A program made the translations under genes and the position numbers. A stretch of 64,000 bases of DNA, from the NCBI RefSeq assembly GCF_009914755.1, contig NC_060929.1; one strand, written 5' to 3'. Position 1 is the first letter of the stretch. Every line of letters begins with the position of its first letter. This DNA comes from the human T2T-CHM13v2.0 reference genome, Homo sapiens. Shown here one piece after another: positions 1 through 13,726 of the stretch. The notes beneath the pieces are model-generated. The model was not told the origin of the DNA, searched no databases, and was given only the letters and a program-made list of their open reading frames with translations.

Positions 1-485
1 TAAAGATACATGCACACGTATGTTTATTGCAGTACTATTCACAATAGCAAAGACATGGAATCAACCCAAATGCCCATCAATGATAGACTGGATAAAGAAA
101 ATGTGGTACATGTACACCATGGAATACTATGCAGCCATAAAAAGGAATGAGATCATGTTCTTTGCAGGGACATGGATAGAGGTGGAAGCCATTATCCTTG
201 CAAACTAACACAGGAACAGAAAACCAAACACTGCATGTTCTCACTTATAAGTGGGAGCTGAACAATGAGAACACATGGGGATATGGAGGGGAAAAACACA
301 CACTGGGGCCTGTTGGGGCGGAGGGTGGGAGGAGGGAGAGCATCAGGATAAATAGCTAAAGCATGCAGGGCTTAATACTTAGGTGATGGATTGATAGGTG
401 CAGCAAATCACCATGGCACACATTTGCCTATGTAACAAACCTACATGTCTTCCACGTGTATCCCAGAACTTTAAAAAAAAAAAAA
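1..485 (+). mobile_element. LINE-1 3' end (ORF2 C-terminus + 3'UTR + polyA), older L1PA (about L1PA13-16); cut by the window edge
   Basis: ORF 20-208 is the L1 ORF2 C-terminus (MFIAVLFTIAKTWNQPKCPS...); typical 3'UTR 'gcagcaaatcaccatggcacacatttgcctatgtaacaaacc'; A-tail at 473-485. Confidence 0.93.
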
Positions 486-764
486 TCTGTACTCATTGAA
501 GCACTTGTCTTTAGGCTTTAGCACCTCCTACGGGTTTTAGTATCAACCTCCTAGTCACACCCACTCATTCACTGATGTCATTCCTTCCTCCCTCACCTTT
601 CACCCCTTTTCCTGAATACTTCTGTCATTCTCATAACTTGAGCATCAACATGATGGTCAAGTCAACATTCTGACCGCTCTGGTGCTCGGCTTCCTCAGTC
701 CAACTATGTTTTCTTCCCCCAACTTCAGCTGCACACATGCATTCATGGTCATACTCTATGCTAG

Positions 765-2031
765 CAATTGGTTCTCAAAGTGTGGTGGGTCACCCACTAG
801 ATCCTTTCAAGAATCTGCAAGATTAAAATTGTTTTTATAATAATACCGAGATATCATCTGCATTTTTTTTTTACTGCATTTACATTTGCACTGATTGGCA
901 AAAGCAATGGTGAGTAAAATTGCTAGCACTCTAGTGTCCAACAACAGTACTAGTAGTTATTGCATCCTTCTGCCACTCACTTGCAGTAAATAATGGCACT
1001 TTCACTTAATATCCTGATGAAGCAGTAAAAAAAATTCTTAATTTTATTGTATCTTAACCCTTGAGAGTACTTTTAAAAAATATTCTGCGTGATGAAATGG
1101 GAAGTATGCATACAGCATTTCTGCACAATGAAATATGGTTGTCTCAAGGAGAAGCACTTGTGCGATCGGTGGACAGACTATGGTTATCAGATGTAGACAT
1201 TTGGCAGACACTTTCTTGAATGGAAAGAAGTCAACTTCTCACTTCAAGGAAAACAACTGTACTTGTTGCCAGTGATTTTAAGTCTTCAAGTGAAAATTAG
1301 GGTTTTGGAAAACTTATATCTGCTACCCTGAACTTGAGAGCTTCCCAATATTTAAAGACTTTTTTCATGTGTCTGTTTTTGGAACATCTGTATAACTTAA
1401 GGAACCAGTATTTTCCAAGTGACCGATGTACAATGTTTCAAAATTATGCATGGATAAAAGATCCATTCAAAATGCAAGATAGACTAATACATTAATGATA
1501 ACCATATCAGAAAGTTCATTGATATGGTTTGAAATTTTAATTACAAATAACCTTTAAGAAACTAGTACTTGTTGAGTTTTAGGGTAGTGTTGAAGAATTT
1601 CCACAATTATCTGAAAGTCTGTTACAATAGTCCTTACTTTTTGCAACCACATGTGTCTGTGCAAGGGCAAATTTTCTTCAGGCAATTGAACCAAAATAAG
1701 ATACCACAATAGATTGAGTGCAGAAGCAGATATGAGAATGCAGCTGTCTTTTAAGCTGGACACCCAAGAGATTTGCAAAAAGGTAAAAACAATGGCACTC
1801 TTTCACCATTATGCTAACATGTAATAGATTTATTTTTAAATGAATTATTATTTTTTATTTTCTTCTCTGGTGCTTGAATCAGGGCGAACTAATGTTTTTT
1901 AAATGTCTGCTTTAATTTCTAATATGGTAAATATCAACAGATATAATCACAAGGATTTATCATAGATATGACACCTAATAACATTTATGAGTACAAAGGG
2001 GGCCTGAAACCAAAGTCTTCAGGAACTGCTG
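765..2031 (+). mobile_element. hAT-Charlie DNA transposon relic, Charlie1a-like
   Basis: Starts 'caattggttctcaaagtgtgg' and ends 'aaagggggcctgaaaccaaagtcttcaggaactgctg' (degenerate TIRs); internal decayed transposase sequence 'catttgcactgattggcaaaagcaatggtgagtaaaattgct'. Confidence 0.85.
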
Positions 2032-3614
2032 CTGTCCTAAGCTAAGTCAACACCCATAAGCTACAGCACGTCCTAACTCGATTCCCAACATTCCATGACC
2101 TAACCACCACTTTCTGTCCTTCCACTCGTGTGTACTTCATTTCTCCTTGGGAACCTCTGCTTCAGTGGCTCTACCTGTTTCGCTATCCACCACCCATCTC
2201 GTGGCCTGGCTTCCCTCCTAACCCACTTTAGAGTATGTAGTCTGGACTCCTGCAAAATCCCTTGCCTCTCCCTCACCTGATGGACTGGGCTTAACACAGC
2301 CCTGACTTTGTAAATCCAAGTACCCACACTCTTAGTTCCCGCAGCTGAGTATCTTGGAGACAGCTGAGTAATCAATCTCACTGGTGTAACCTCAGCTCTG
2401 CTGTCCCATCTTACTCATTCTCATTCCCTCCTCCTCTCCTTGTCTCAACCCTACTCTCAGCTGTCTTACCCACCCCTTTCCACCCATCCCCACTCCTGCC
2501 CCCTCCCTTCTTAGGCTACTGTGTCCCTATCTGTTCCTGGCTGTCCTACCCCCTTGCTGGCTGCTGCTTCTCTATCTCTTTTACAGGTACCTCTTTCTCT
2601 GCCCAGTCTATGGAGGTTGGAGTAGTTTGGTGTTTTATTCTTGGCTCTCTCCTCCATCTGGACATTTGCTTTAAGTGATTCAGCTATCCAGCCCTCAACT
2701 CTAAATACTGCCTGTAAGGAGTGTCTCCTGTATCTCTGGCTCCAGCACTGATCTCTCACAGGAACTCCATATTTATGATCCATCTGTCTGCCTGGCATCT
2801 CCACTTGGATATCTGCTGGGCATCTTAGCATAACAGAGCTTTTGCTTCCCCATCTCATAAATGGCACCACCACATACCCTTAGACCCCCAAGATGTGAAT
2901 TGTTCTTCATTCCCCTAGTGTTCTTCACATCCCCCACACAAGTTCTGTGAGTTCTGTGGCCACTGCCTTTAAACTCTCCCTCCATGGGCATAACCCTTCT
3001 GTGGGACACCCCCGTTCTCACTTGAACTCTTGTACTTCCTTGGTCTCTCTGCTTCCACTTTTACCTCCCTATAGTCCAGTCTCTGTTTGTCAGCTTTTAT
3101 CTTGTTTAAAGTATAAACCAATTTATATCATTTCTCTGCTTAGAATCTATTGATAGCATCTCAGTACAACTAGGATACTAGTTTACCACCTCCAGGCCCT
3201 ATGTGATCCAGTCCCCATCTTCCACCCTGACACGCCCTCCGGCACAATCTCCCCCAGCCACGTTAGTCCTCTGTCTTCCTCACTGGTACCCTGTTCTCAT
3301 CTCAGAGTCTTTGGGTTTGCTGTTATTTCTTCCTTAAATGTTCCCTTCCTTAGATCTTATAGTCACACCATCTTATCATTTAATTCTCAGTCAAATGTTA
3401 TCTTTCTCAGAAGTTTCCTGACTGCCCCAGCAGCACACCCTCCCCCAAGCCCTGGAATTCTTTAGCACATTGCCCTATTTTATTTTTTCTCCAGAGAACT
3501 GCAGGCCCTAAGGGGTGGAACTGTTTTTGTTGATGTTCATCCATCTCACTTTGAGCAGAAGTTCCAGAGGGATTTTTTTGTTAGTCACCAATCCATTAAT
3601 TCTCTTTGTCTCAT

Positions 3615-4053
3615 GGACCAACCCAAATGCCCATCAGTGATAGACTGGATGAAGAAAATATGGTACATATACATCATGGAATACTGTGCAGCCATAAAAA
3701 GGAATGAGATCAGGTCCTTTGTAGAGTCATGGATGAAGCTGGAAACCATCAGTCTTAGCAGACTAACACAGGAACAGAAAACCAAACACCACGTGTTCTC
3801 ACTCATAAGTGGGAGCTGAACAATGAGAACACATGGACACAGGGAGGGGAACAACACACACCAGGGCCTGTTGGTGGGGTGGGGGGGAAGGGAGGGAGAA
3901 CATCAGGATAAATAGCTAATGCATGCGGGGCTTAATACCTAGGTGATGGGTTGATGGGTGCAGCAAACCACCGTGGCACACATTTGCCTGTGTAACAAAC
4001 GTGCATATTCTGCACATATATCCCGGAACTTAAAAAAAAAAACAAACCCCAAA
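3615..4053 (+). mobile_element. 5'-truncated LINE-1 (about L1PA13) with 13-bp TSD
   Basis: ORF2 C-terminus (ORF 3613-3819) + 3'UTR + A-tail; TSD CTCTTTGTCTCAT at 3602-3614 and 4054-4066. Confidence 0.93.
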
Positions 4054-4500
4054 CTCTTTGTCTCATAGTAGGTATACAACACATTTTTCTTGCATGAATG
4101 AATCAATTATTAACAGTGCAGCTGTGATTGTGAAACTAGCTGCATGGTTGCTATTACCGACATTTTTGGTGTTGACTGCAGCCCAGTGTCTTCTGCTCTG
4201 TGGCTTTGCCTCTATTTCCCTCCCCTTCTCCCTTGAGGCATAATAAGGGTGTTATGGCCAAAATGGAAACTGATAATTTTGTTTTCTCTATTGGCAGCAA
4301 AGAGAATAATTAACTGTAGTTCGAAAAGCAGAATTATATTACCTTTGCATTTCTTAGCAAGATATTTTATAGAAATGATTCTATTATTTCATGATGGAAA
4401 ATTGTGATGGTTTATCACTCCATTGTAACCCCATACAAATTTTTGTTCTCGCTCTTTTTTTTTGTATTCAAATTATCTTTAATCTTGATAAAATCCTTTA

Positions 4501-4841
<341 letters not shown>

Positions 4842-4895
4842 CTAAGCAAGTCCTTTCTCTGTATGGAAATGAGGCTGTGAGATTAAAAAAAAAAT

Positions 4896-4937
<42 letters not shown>

Positions 4938-4947
4938 TATATACACA
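4896..4947. repeat. Compound (TA)n(CA)n microsatellite
   Basis: Directly visible. Confidence 0.97.
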
Positions 4948-5814
4948 TCGGTGTATTAGAACTTGTGGATAACATATTCAAGTGTCCTTTTATTTGTATA
5001 AAATGGATTGCTTATGGCTCTTTAGATCTTTTAATATTAATATACTGAGATCATCTTGGGAATTATTTAAGACTGATTTGCAAATATGTTTTTAATCTTC
5101 TGTGTTGCATTATAAGTGCTATTTACATTTCCTAATAATAAAGCACATTTATTAATCATGAATATAATCATTAATGTAATTAAGTAATTACCAAAATAAT
5201 TATTGGTTATCATTACTATTTTATTGAAGTCATTACTAGTGCATTTTTGAACATGTTTCAACAAATCATGATTAACTTAAGGTTTGCATTCTAGCAAGTG
5301 ACCAAAACTTGGCTGTTTCTCTTTATAGGTTGTATGGGCACGCAGTGATTCCATGACCTTTGAGATAAATCATACAACTTGCTTTTTAATGAATTTACTT
5401 TAAATACATTTTGAGAGATTATGAAACTGCTACTCAATGTCTTATAGTACCCCACTGTGTTTTCTCTGTTGTTCTGCCTGGTTCTTTACAATTAGTAAGG
5501 TGCATCCCCGTGTCTCTCCTCACAGAGAGGGGTCTGTAGCTCTTGTCTAATTTTCTGTTTCACTTCCTTGCTTATCTGTATTTCAAGCCCAGGTGTGTTT
5601 AGCTGTCTAGTTTTTGTGGTACATTAGGCCTTGGTTTTCTGATCCAGCACATTGAGTTTCTCAAGAGTTCAAAGCTATTGCTATTTGAATTTGGATGCTT
5701 CTTTAGTGAAGTCTTCATTTCAAAGATTACTTTTTCTGTTTTCTGAACTTGGTTTTCTGTAAACACAACATAAATCATGGAAAAAGTCGTGCATTTGAAA
5801 TAAAAAATAAGGTC

Positions 5815-5945
5815 AGGTCCTGATGCTGGAATTTCACTGCCTTGAGTGAGTTGCTTCAGGTTTTTTAACCTCCATCTATTATTTTATCAAATGGAAATGA
5901 TGATCATATCAACCTTATAGGTTATAGGATTTTTTTAAATGAAAA
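5815..5945 (+). mobile_element. MIR fragment
   Basis: Degenerate MIR core 'tatcaaatggaaatgatgatcatatcaaccttataggttataggatt'. Confidence 0.55.
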
Positions 5946-6374
5946 TTCCCTATGAGAATTGGTTTTCACCTTTTAGAGGACTATACTCTACCTAAAACAT
6001 GAACTTTGCAAGTTAAAAACTTTAGAAAATTAAATTCATATATAGTTCAAAATATACTAGGCTTTTACATTCACTTTTGTCTTTATTCTTGTTACTGAAA
6101 AAATATTTTTCCCTGTGGAAATGTTTTGGGATATGATCACTTTTGCTCAGATAATTGTGAGTCCTGAGTGAGTGCTGCTCCCAGGAGCAGACTTTGAAGT
6201 TTCATGATAGAAAAAGTCTATAATGTTGATTGGCTCCTTGGCCCTTTCCTCTTTCTCCCATCAGGGAATGGGAGCATCGGCTGCTGGACCTGCTGGCCCA
6301 GGAGTGGGTAACTGCCTTATGCAGAGCAGAGGATCCTCATCCCAGTGGTCCCTCGACTGCCATGGGGTTCACTC

Positions 6375-7165
6375 TTGTTTTTATTCACTTATTACCACCA
6401 AGTATTTATTTAGAACTTTCTACGGGCAGGCTCCATTCCAGGCTCTGAAGATAGTCTTTCCTCTCATGGAGCTGACATTAGGGGTAGAGGGAATGTGGTG
6501 ATGGGCAACACAGAAATAGTTACGTTATGTCAGTGGTCCAGTGGTGTGCTAAGATAAAAATAAAGCAGGGTAGGAGGGCCATGGACGGATGCTGTGTGTG
6601 TATGTGGGGAGTGATATTTTAGATAAGTTGGTCAAGGAAGGCCTTTCGGTTAGGGTAACATTTGGGTAGAGGCCAGAATGAAATGAGACAGCCAACTTTT
6701 AAGGGAATCTGCAGCAGGAGGCTTTCAGGCAGAGGAGCAGCAAATGCAAAGACCCTGAGGCAGGACTGTGTTTGAAGATAAAGAGGTGAGTGTGGCTGGA
6801 GCAGAACAGGCAAGAAAGGAAGGGCAGGTTGACAGAGGAAATCAGAAAGTTACCAGAGACCTAATCAGGTAGGACCTTGAGGCCATTGTTAAGTCTTGGC
6901 CTTTTGTACTGAGTGGATGCAAAGCCACCAGAGGGTTTCAGTGTGAGGAGTAATATAATTCAACTTAACGTTCTGAGAGGATCACTCTGGCTGCTGTGTT
7001 GAGAATAGACCACAGGAAAGTTGGTGGAAGCGGGGAGATCAGTGAAGATGCCCTTGTAGGAGTTCAGAAGGGGGATGTCAGTGGCTTTACAAGGAAGTGG
7101 CCAGATGGGACCAGAACCTGGACCTATTTGAAGGGTGGACCTGTTAGGATTCATTATGGATTAAA
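6375..7165 (-). mobile_element. LINE-2 3' portion
   Basis: Reverse L2 motifs 'ctctcatggagctgacatt', 'ggtcaaggaaggcct', 'gcaaatgcaaagaccctgaggcagga', 'aggatcactctggctgctgtgttgagaatagac'. Confidence 0.85.
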
Positions 7166-7684
7166 TGCACATCCTTGTGGCTCCCCTCCCCTGACGAGGT
7201 GGCTGGCGTAGCACTGCTAGTGCATTCTCCATCCTTCATGAGTGTGTTCCTCATGTGGGGAGGGGAGTAGGGGGTAGGAGGCTCTCAGCTTCTCAAGAAT
7301 TCCTTTGGCATTTTGAGAAAGGCTTGATTCCCAGCAAACAGATTCGGGAAGAAGATGACGCTGACATGATAAGAGTTCTTAAGTTTTAAGCTTACTTTGT
7401 GCAGCATTTATGGCATGAGCAGCCTGAAAAATGATGCCTTTACCAAGTCATGTAAAAGCAGTAATATTGACCATCTTATATGTATGCATGGATGATCATT
7501 GTCATAAAATCACTTTACATTTTGAGTAATATCTAGGTTTATTAGTTGAATCGGTGGGAGCATGGGGGTGTAGGGATAGGGAATGGGAGTAGCAAGATCA
7601 GCACTTTCTCTCCAGAGCCAGTGACCCAACTTCTGCAGGGTGAACTCTATAGGGATGCAGCAATGGATGCAGCAGTGGAGTGTT

Positions 7685-7815
7685 GTTTTTTAACAGCTTT
7701 ATTGGGATATACTTTATACACATAAAATGTGCTCATCTTGTGTGTACCATTCAATGATTTTTTAGTAAACATACAGAGTTGTTGCCCTCATGCTCATTTA
7801 CAGTCACTCCCTGTT
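7685..7815 (-). mobile_element. Old L1M (L1MB/ME-type) 3'-end fragment
   Basis: 'ttttaacagctttattgggatatactttatacacataaaatg...ttcaatgattttttagtaaacatacagagttg'. Confidence 0.65.
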
Positions 7816-8563
7816 CTCTCCAGAAGAATGGTTTTGTTATTCTTAGGCATGTCCAAGGTTCGGAAATAGTCATTAAGCTAGTATACAGGAGATCAAATCA
7901 GGAGGAAAGAAGTATGTTTATCTCTGCTCCAGTTTGATCTCTTTAGGCAATCAGAAAATGTGAGCTGCCTTGGAAACACAAAGATCATAACATTTTGAGT
8001 CACAAACTTTTATAGGAACCTGAAGCATTAACACAACAAACAACATTACCTTGTCCATGTTTTACATAAAGTATAAGAGTGTTTAGGTGGATGATGTTGG
8101 TCAGTGTGTTTTTAGTGATTGCCAGGGTAGAGGAAGGCCAAATAGACTAGGTTTCATTAACATTATAATGTTCCTAGGTTAGTATGTTCCAGAGTTTTAT
8201 GATTAAGAAACACACTTCTTAAGTACCTGAGGTTTTTTTTCCCTGTAACCATTTGTATCTCATTTTATTATACCACGTCTATTTGGAGTGCTCAAATCAC
8301 CCTTGCAGAAGTACACACTGTTGGGTTGACTCATTTGTTCATCAGAAAAATAGCTGTAGTGTATCAAGTACATACTAAGTGCCAAGTGTTCAACATCAGT
8401 TTCCTTATCTGTGAAATGGGGATCCTGAGAACTACTTCATTGGGTGCATATAAATCAGTTAATAAGTTACTCCTGTCTATGTAACAGGCCTCAGTTTTGA
8501 GCTACAGGCTAGACTTTGTTGACCTGACCATAGAGCTGCTGTTCCATCCTTCATCTCTGTTGA

Positions 8564-8899
<336 letters not shown>

Positions 8900-9924
8900 T
8901 CTTCCACTCTTAAAAGCTTGCTGCTAATCACTGTTGTTCTTGCTCCTTCACTTTCCTCTTTCTTGTCTTTTGTGTATTCTTTTCATATGTAAGAATCTTG
9001 AGCTTGCTTCTCAGAAAGCAGTCAGGGAGAAGTTTCAGCTGTTTTAGAGTGCTAAGCAGTCCTAGAGGTGGGGTCACTCAACCCAGCAGGAGAGTTTTTG
9101 TTCTTCCTGGCCTGGGATCAAGCTGTGAATGTTAGGTGCCCACCAAGCCACAGAAATTGTTGCTCCACAGTCATCCATAGTTCCTCTGCTGACCTAGTTT
9201 TTGGATGGAAATTCATTCCAGAAATGTCCCGTAAGCCATCTCTAGAGAGTGGAAATTGGAGGATCAGGTTTCCTGCTTTTTATTTACATGTGGTAGTTTG
9301 GAATTCTGCTTGCACAAATTCACTTGAGATTATCTAAAGACTAAACTTACTGTGGTGCTGTCTGCATTTCCTGTAGCTTCCTTTTTTCTATTTTTAATGG
9401 GTATAGCATGAGCATGTTTAGAATGATAACACCAGAAACCTCACTGTAATTAAATACATGTGCTGCTTCAGTTCTAGAAAACTCCCAGGTGTGTTTCTAA
9501 TCGCTGCTGCATATAGGGATTTTTTTAAAGATAAAAACAAAAGATATAAATGATAAAAGGAAATCTGAGCCAAATATATAATTATACAGATGAATGTTGT
9601 GGTGTTATATTGGACAGCAGAGTCAAATCATGTTTCACAGGAACGGTTTCAGGTTCCCCTGAGTCTACTTTGACACTTCCATTTAAAATGCTGTGAAATG
9701 AAAACCTAGTTGACTACAAAACTGCATTTTCAGAATGTATTTTTGTAGCCATATGCCTGGCACTTAACTAGTATTTAAAAACTGAGCACTCAAAGCTTCA
9801 TGATTTTTTAATCAGAAGATATGTTTTCTTGATTCCCTTACCATATATTCATTTTGCTGTAATAAAGGGTTAATCAGTCATGCAATGAAAATTAATAAAT
9901 TCAAAACCCTTTTGCATATCATAT

Positions 9925-10135
9925 GAATAGCTAGCACTTTTGAATACTTGCTATATGTTAGGCAGTGTTTGATGGTATGTATGTTATTTTGTGTCATTCT
10001 TTAATACTTCTTGGAGGTAGGTATTGTTATTATCCCCAATATTTAGGTAGGGAATCAAGGCTTAGTAAGGCGAAGTAACTTTCCCATGGTTACACATGAT
10101 GTAAATAACAGTGCTGGATTCTAAGCCAGTGGCCC
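9925..10135 (-). mobile_element. MIR
   Basis: 'gaggtaggtattgttattatcccc...aaggcttagtaaggcgaagtaactttcccatggttacaca'. Confidence 0.8.
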
Positions 10136-11506
10136 TAGCAGGTTCTCTATGCTGCTTTGCATCTTAAAATATACTTGGAAAAAGAATCAATTATGGAGTT
10201 TTAGTACTGTGAAGATTCCTAGGCTCTACTTTAAGTCACAAAATCTAGCCCCGCCCCCCAGATGTTGCTAGTTAAGTTGATCCAGGGATATATCTTTAAG
10301 AAATATTGCCATACTATCCCCCAAATATGTTTTATCATCAACAGGACAAAGGACATTAGGGAAATGCAGAGACCTTAGATGAGCGAATCCATGCATTTGA
10401 TGATGGCTGTAATCCACACCAGGGGCAGAGAGGATTCAGTAAGTGTCACAAAATGAGTTGGAGGACAGAGCCAAGCCCCAAACCCACCATTATTCATAAT
10501 GCCATATGAAACGGGAGGACAACTTAAAATTTAAAATTAAATTCATGAGAAGAAGAGGCAGTATTTGAGCTTCATAAGACACATTATCCTATATGTTCTT
10601 TTAAGGGACATTTAGTACTTACAATGAGTACTGTCCATGAGTTCCTTTTGCTGAATGATATTCCACAAAAACGTAGAATTTTCCAAGAAAGTGTGTGTTC
10701 TGAGTAATGATGAAATAAATAGTAATTTTTTTTTTTTTGTTGAAGTGATCAGGTAAAACCCTCAAACTAATGATTCATAAACATTCTTCATCTTCAGTTA
10801 GTCCATTTTATTCTCCATACCTGGCTGTTTTGAGTAGCTGCCATTATATGAAAAAGAGACTTAGCTCCCTGGTGTTGATCCAAAGGTTTTGACTTCAGTT
10901 GATACATAACTGTTGCAGAATTACTCATTGTTTATTAAATATCTTGACTATAAGAAACTTTGCTTTTAGGCCTCATTAGAATGTTTAATAATAATAATTT
11001 CTTCATACTCTGATGTATGTTAGAGTTCGTAGTCAAGATGTATGTCAGATTTGTAGTCAAGAAACTGCGGATGCCATGCTAGCCTTTCAGTTACTGTAAT
11101 TTCTACTTGGAGTTATACTCACAGGAACTTTCGAAGCTTTGTGGTGTCTTGGACATTCAGGGTGTGGGGCTCTGTCTTCTGTCCCTTAACCTGCTTTCCT
11201 GCAGAGAGGCCCTCCCTGTGAAGAGAGCCTATTCTCTTAATAAGATTTCAGTAAGAGGCTCCTGACTTCCAGTCCCTCCTTGGGGAGTCCTGTCAACTGG
11301 CTGGTGATGTTGAAAGTGCTAGAAGATGTTGCCCTTTTGTGGACTAGAAATACGTCACAAACGGGCTTCCGGCTCACCACTCATTTGTTTCAAGCCATTG
11401 TTTCCAGCCAGGATTCTGACACCAGGTGCTGTGATAGTAGAGCCACAGCTGTGTGTTCCTCATCCCTGGGTTGGGCTGCCGTTCAGAGAAGAGGTCACTT
11501 GGTGGG

Positions 11507-11897
11507 TATACCAGTTTGCTAAGTCTGCTGTAACAAAGTACCACCAACAAGGGGGCCTTAAAAACAGAAATGAATTTTCTCATAGTTCTGGAGGCTGGAA
11601 GTTCAAGATCAAGGTGCGAGCAGGGTTGGTTTCATTATGAGTCCTTGCTTCTCAGTTTGTGGTTGGCTCTCTTCTCTCTTTATCTTAACATATCCCTCTT
11701 TATCTTCCATGCCTGGCTGTCCTAATTTCCTCTTCTTATAAGAACACCTGTCATATTGGATTAGATACTTAACCTAAATACCTCTCTAAAGACCCTATCT
11801 CCAAATACAGTGAATTCTGAGTTCTGGGGGTTAGGATGTCAACATGATTTTGGGATATGGTGGTAGGGGGGAGCAGAATGTAATTCAGCTAATAACA
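11507..11897 (-). mobile_element. MaLR solo LTR, MLT1B-like, with 5-bp TSD
   Basis: 'catagttctggaggctggaagttcaagatcaaggtg', 'aaagaccctatctccaaatacagt'; TSD GTGGG at 11502-11506 and 11898-11902. Confidence 0.88.
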
Positions 11898-12069
11898 GTG
11901 GGAAAATGTTAGCTCATAGACTGATGGAAACCAAGGGCAGGGGTGTGTGCTGTGGTAATGAACAGTGGGTTCTACACCCTGGAACCCAGGTTGATTTCTT
12001 TTGGTAGTATTTGCTCAGGAGTGCTTTATGAAAGACTTACCATGAAGACAGAGCCTGTATTACCATTGA

Positions 12070-12278
12070 TGACAGTAACAGCTACCGTTTGAGTGCCTGT
12101 TTGTACCAGACTCTTTACACGTCAACTCTGGTCCCCACAAGGATGAGGATGTCGCTGGTAGGTCCGTTTTAGAGAAGACTGAAATTCAAAATAATTAAAT
12201 TACTTTTCTGAGTGTGCAACACCAACCTAGATTCAAACACAGCTCTGCAAAGCTAGTCCTAGTTTCGCTGCACTGTGT
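12070..12278 (-). mobile_element. MIR (degenerate)
   Basis: 'taacagctaccgtttgagtgcctg...ccgttttagagaagactgaa...ctagattcaaacacagctctg'. Confidence 0.6.
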
Positions 12279-12304
12279 GGCCTCTGTGTCTTGCTTGCTT
12301 TTAT

Positions 12305-12510
12305 TTGCGGAAAGAGTGCGGGACTTGGAGTTGGAAGATGAGGTTCGTGCCTTAGCTTAACCATCGAAGTCTGACTACCTTGGGGCAAATTTAACTCTGT
12401 CTGAACTTTGGTTTCTTGACTAGTCACATGATATTGGTGATAATATCTCTATCACTGGAAGTATAAGCATTACATGAGAGTGTGAACAAACCTCTCATAA
12501 GCTCTAGGTC
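12305..12510 (+). mobile_element. MIR/MIR3 (degenerate)
   Basis: 'ggaaagagtgcgggacttggagttggaagatgaggttcg...ccttggggcaaatttaactctgtctgaactttggtttc'. Confidence 0.65.
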
Positions 12511-13391
12511 ATGTTGAATTTTGTTGTTAAAGGAGCAGTCCATAATTACACAGAGAATCTGGTAGTGGAGCCCATCATACCTAACAGACTCTAGGTGAGC
12601 CACTCTGAGCTTTAGTTACCTTTTCTTTAAAAAGGAAAGTAGTACCTGGCATGTGGTAGCCAGTGTAGACTGTTCTGACTCCTTGTCTGAATTGAGTTTG
12701 CTGTTGGTTTCTGTTTTGTCTAAACTTAGCCTTTCATTTTCTGTTATTATGAGCACCAAGCATTCATTTTCCCCTGGTGATAGTGAGCTGCATGTTTGGC
12801 TATTAAGGTTTTAGATGGGCAGGCTGTTGCAAACCCGTTTAGTAGCCATTAATCATTTAAAACAACAAAAGTACTATCCAGAAAGTGGAGTTTCAGTTTT
12901 CCATGCATTACCTTTGACCATAAGTGAATTTATTTCCTGGGTGGTAGCAGTGTTTCTAAAAATATAAATGATCGGGGAAAAAAAGCATTAAATGCTAAAA
13001 TTCCTTAATAATGGGCAAATGGGATAGAAAATCAGTCGGTAATAAGAATTTTATATTGAGAGATAATTATGTCCTGTGCAGGCATAATACATATACTTTC
13101 TTTACTAGGAGCACAACTAGTTTTCAAACTTGGTGTTCTCTTTCCTCCATGACTGTCACTTCTTTATTCCAAAGGCACCTGAAATATTTTTTTGCAGGTG
13201 GCTGTATTATAGAAATATTCAGTGACATTAATTTTTCCTTCTTCTGTTGAAATTATGAAATATTACACATTTCCAGGAAAGCACCAAGAATATTGCGGAT
13301 ACCACCTAGATTTTGCTATTGCTGATACTTTGCTTTGTTTGAAATTAAAAAAAAAATTCTGAAGCTTAAAATTTACTGCCCTACTTTATAG

Positions 13392-13726
<335 letters not shown>

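Larger units (their letters stand above)
520..4110 (+). mobile_element. Long degraded LINE-2 relic, split by Charlie1a (765-2031) and by an L1 (3615-4053)
   Basis: L2 endonuclease-region sequence 'catggtcatactcta' stops at the Charlie element and resumes after it; L2 body motif 'catctccacttggatatctgctgggcatctta' at ~2796; L2 3' end 'catagtaggtatacaacacatttttcttgcatgaatgaat' at ~4064-4103. Boundaries approximate. Confidence 0.7.

Noticed and set aside
5327-5380. 10-bp terminal stem (AGGTTGTATG...CATACAACTT) next to an acceptor-like TTTATAG; considered as a C/D snoRNA, miRNA or exon
   Set aside because: There is no proper C box (RTGATGA) or D box (CTGA), the interior does not pair, and there is no convincing donor downstream.
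12070-12510. Head-to-head MIR pair as a possible hairpin RNA
   Set aside because: The copies are too diverged for me to see extended complementarity.
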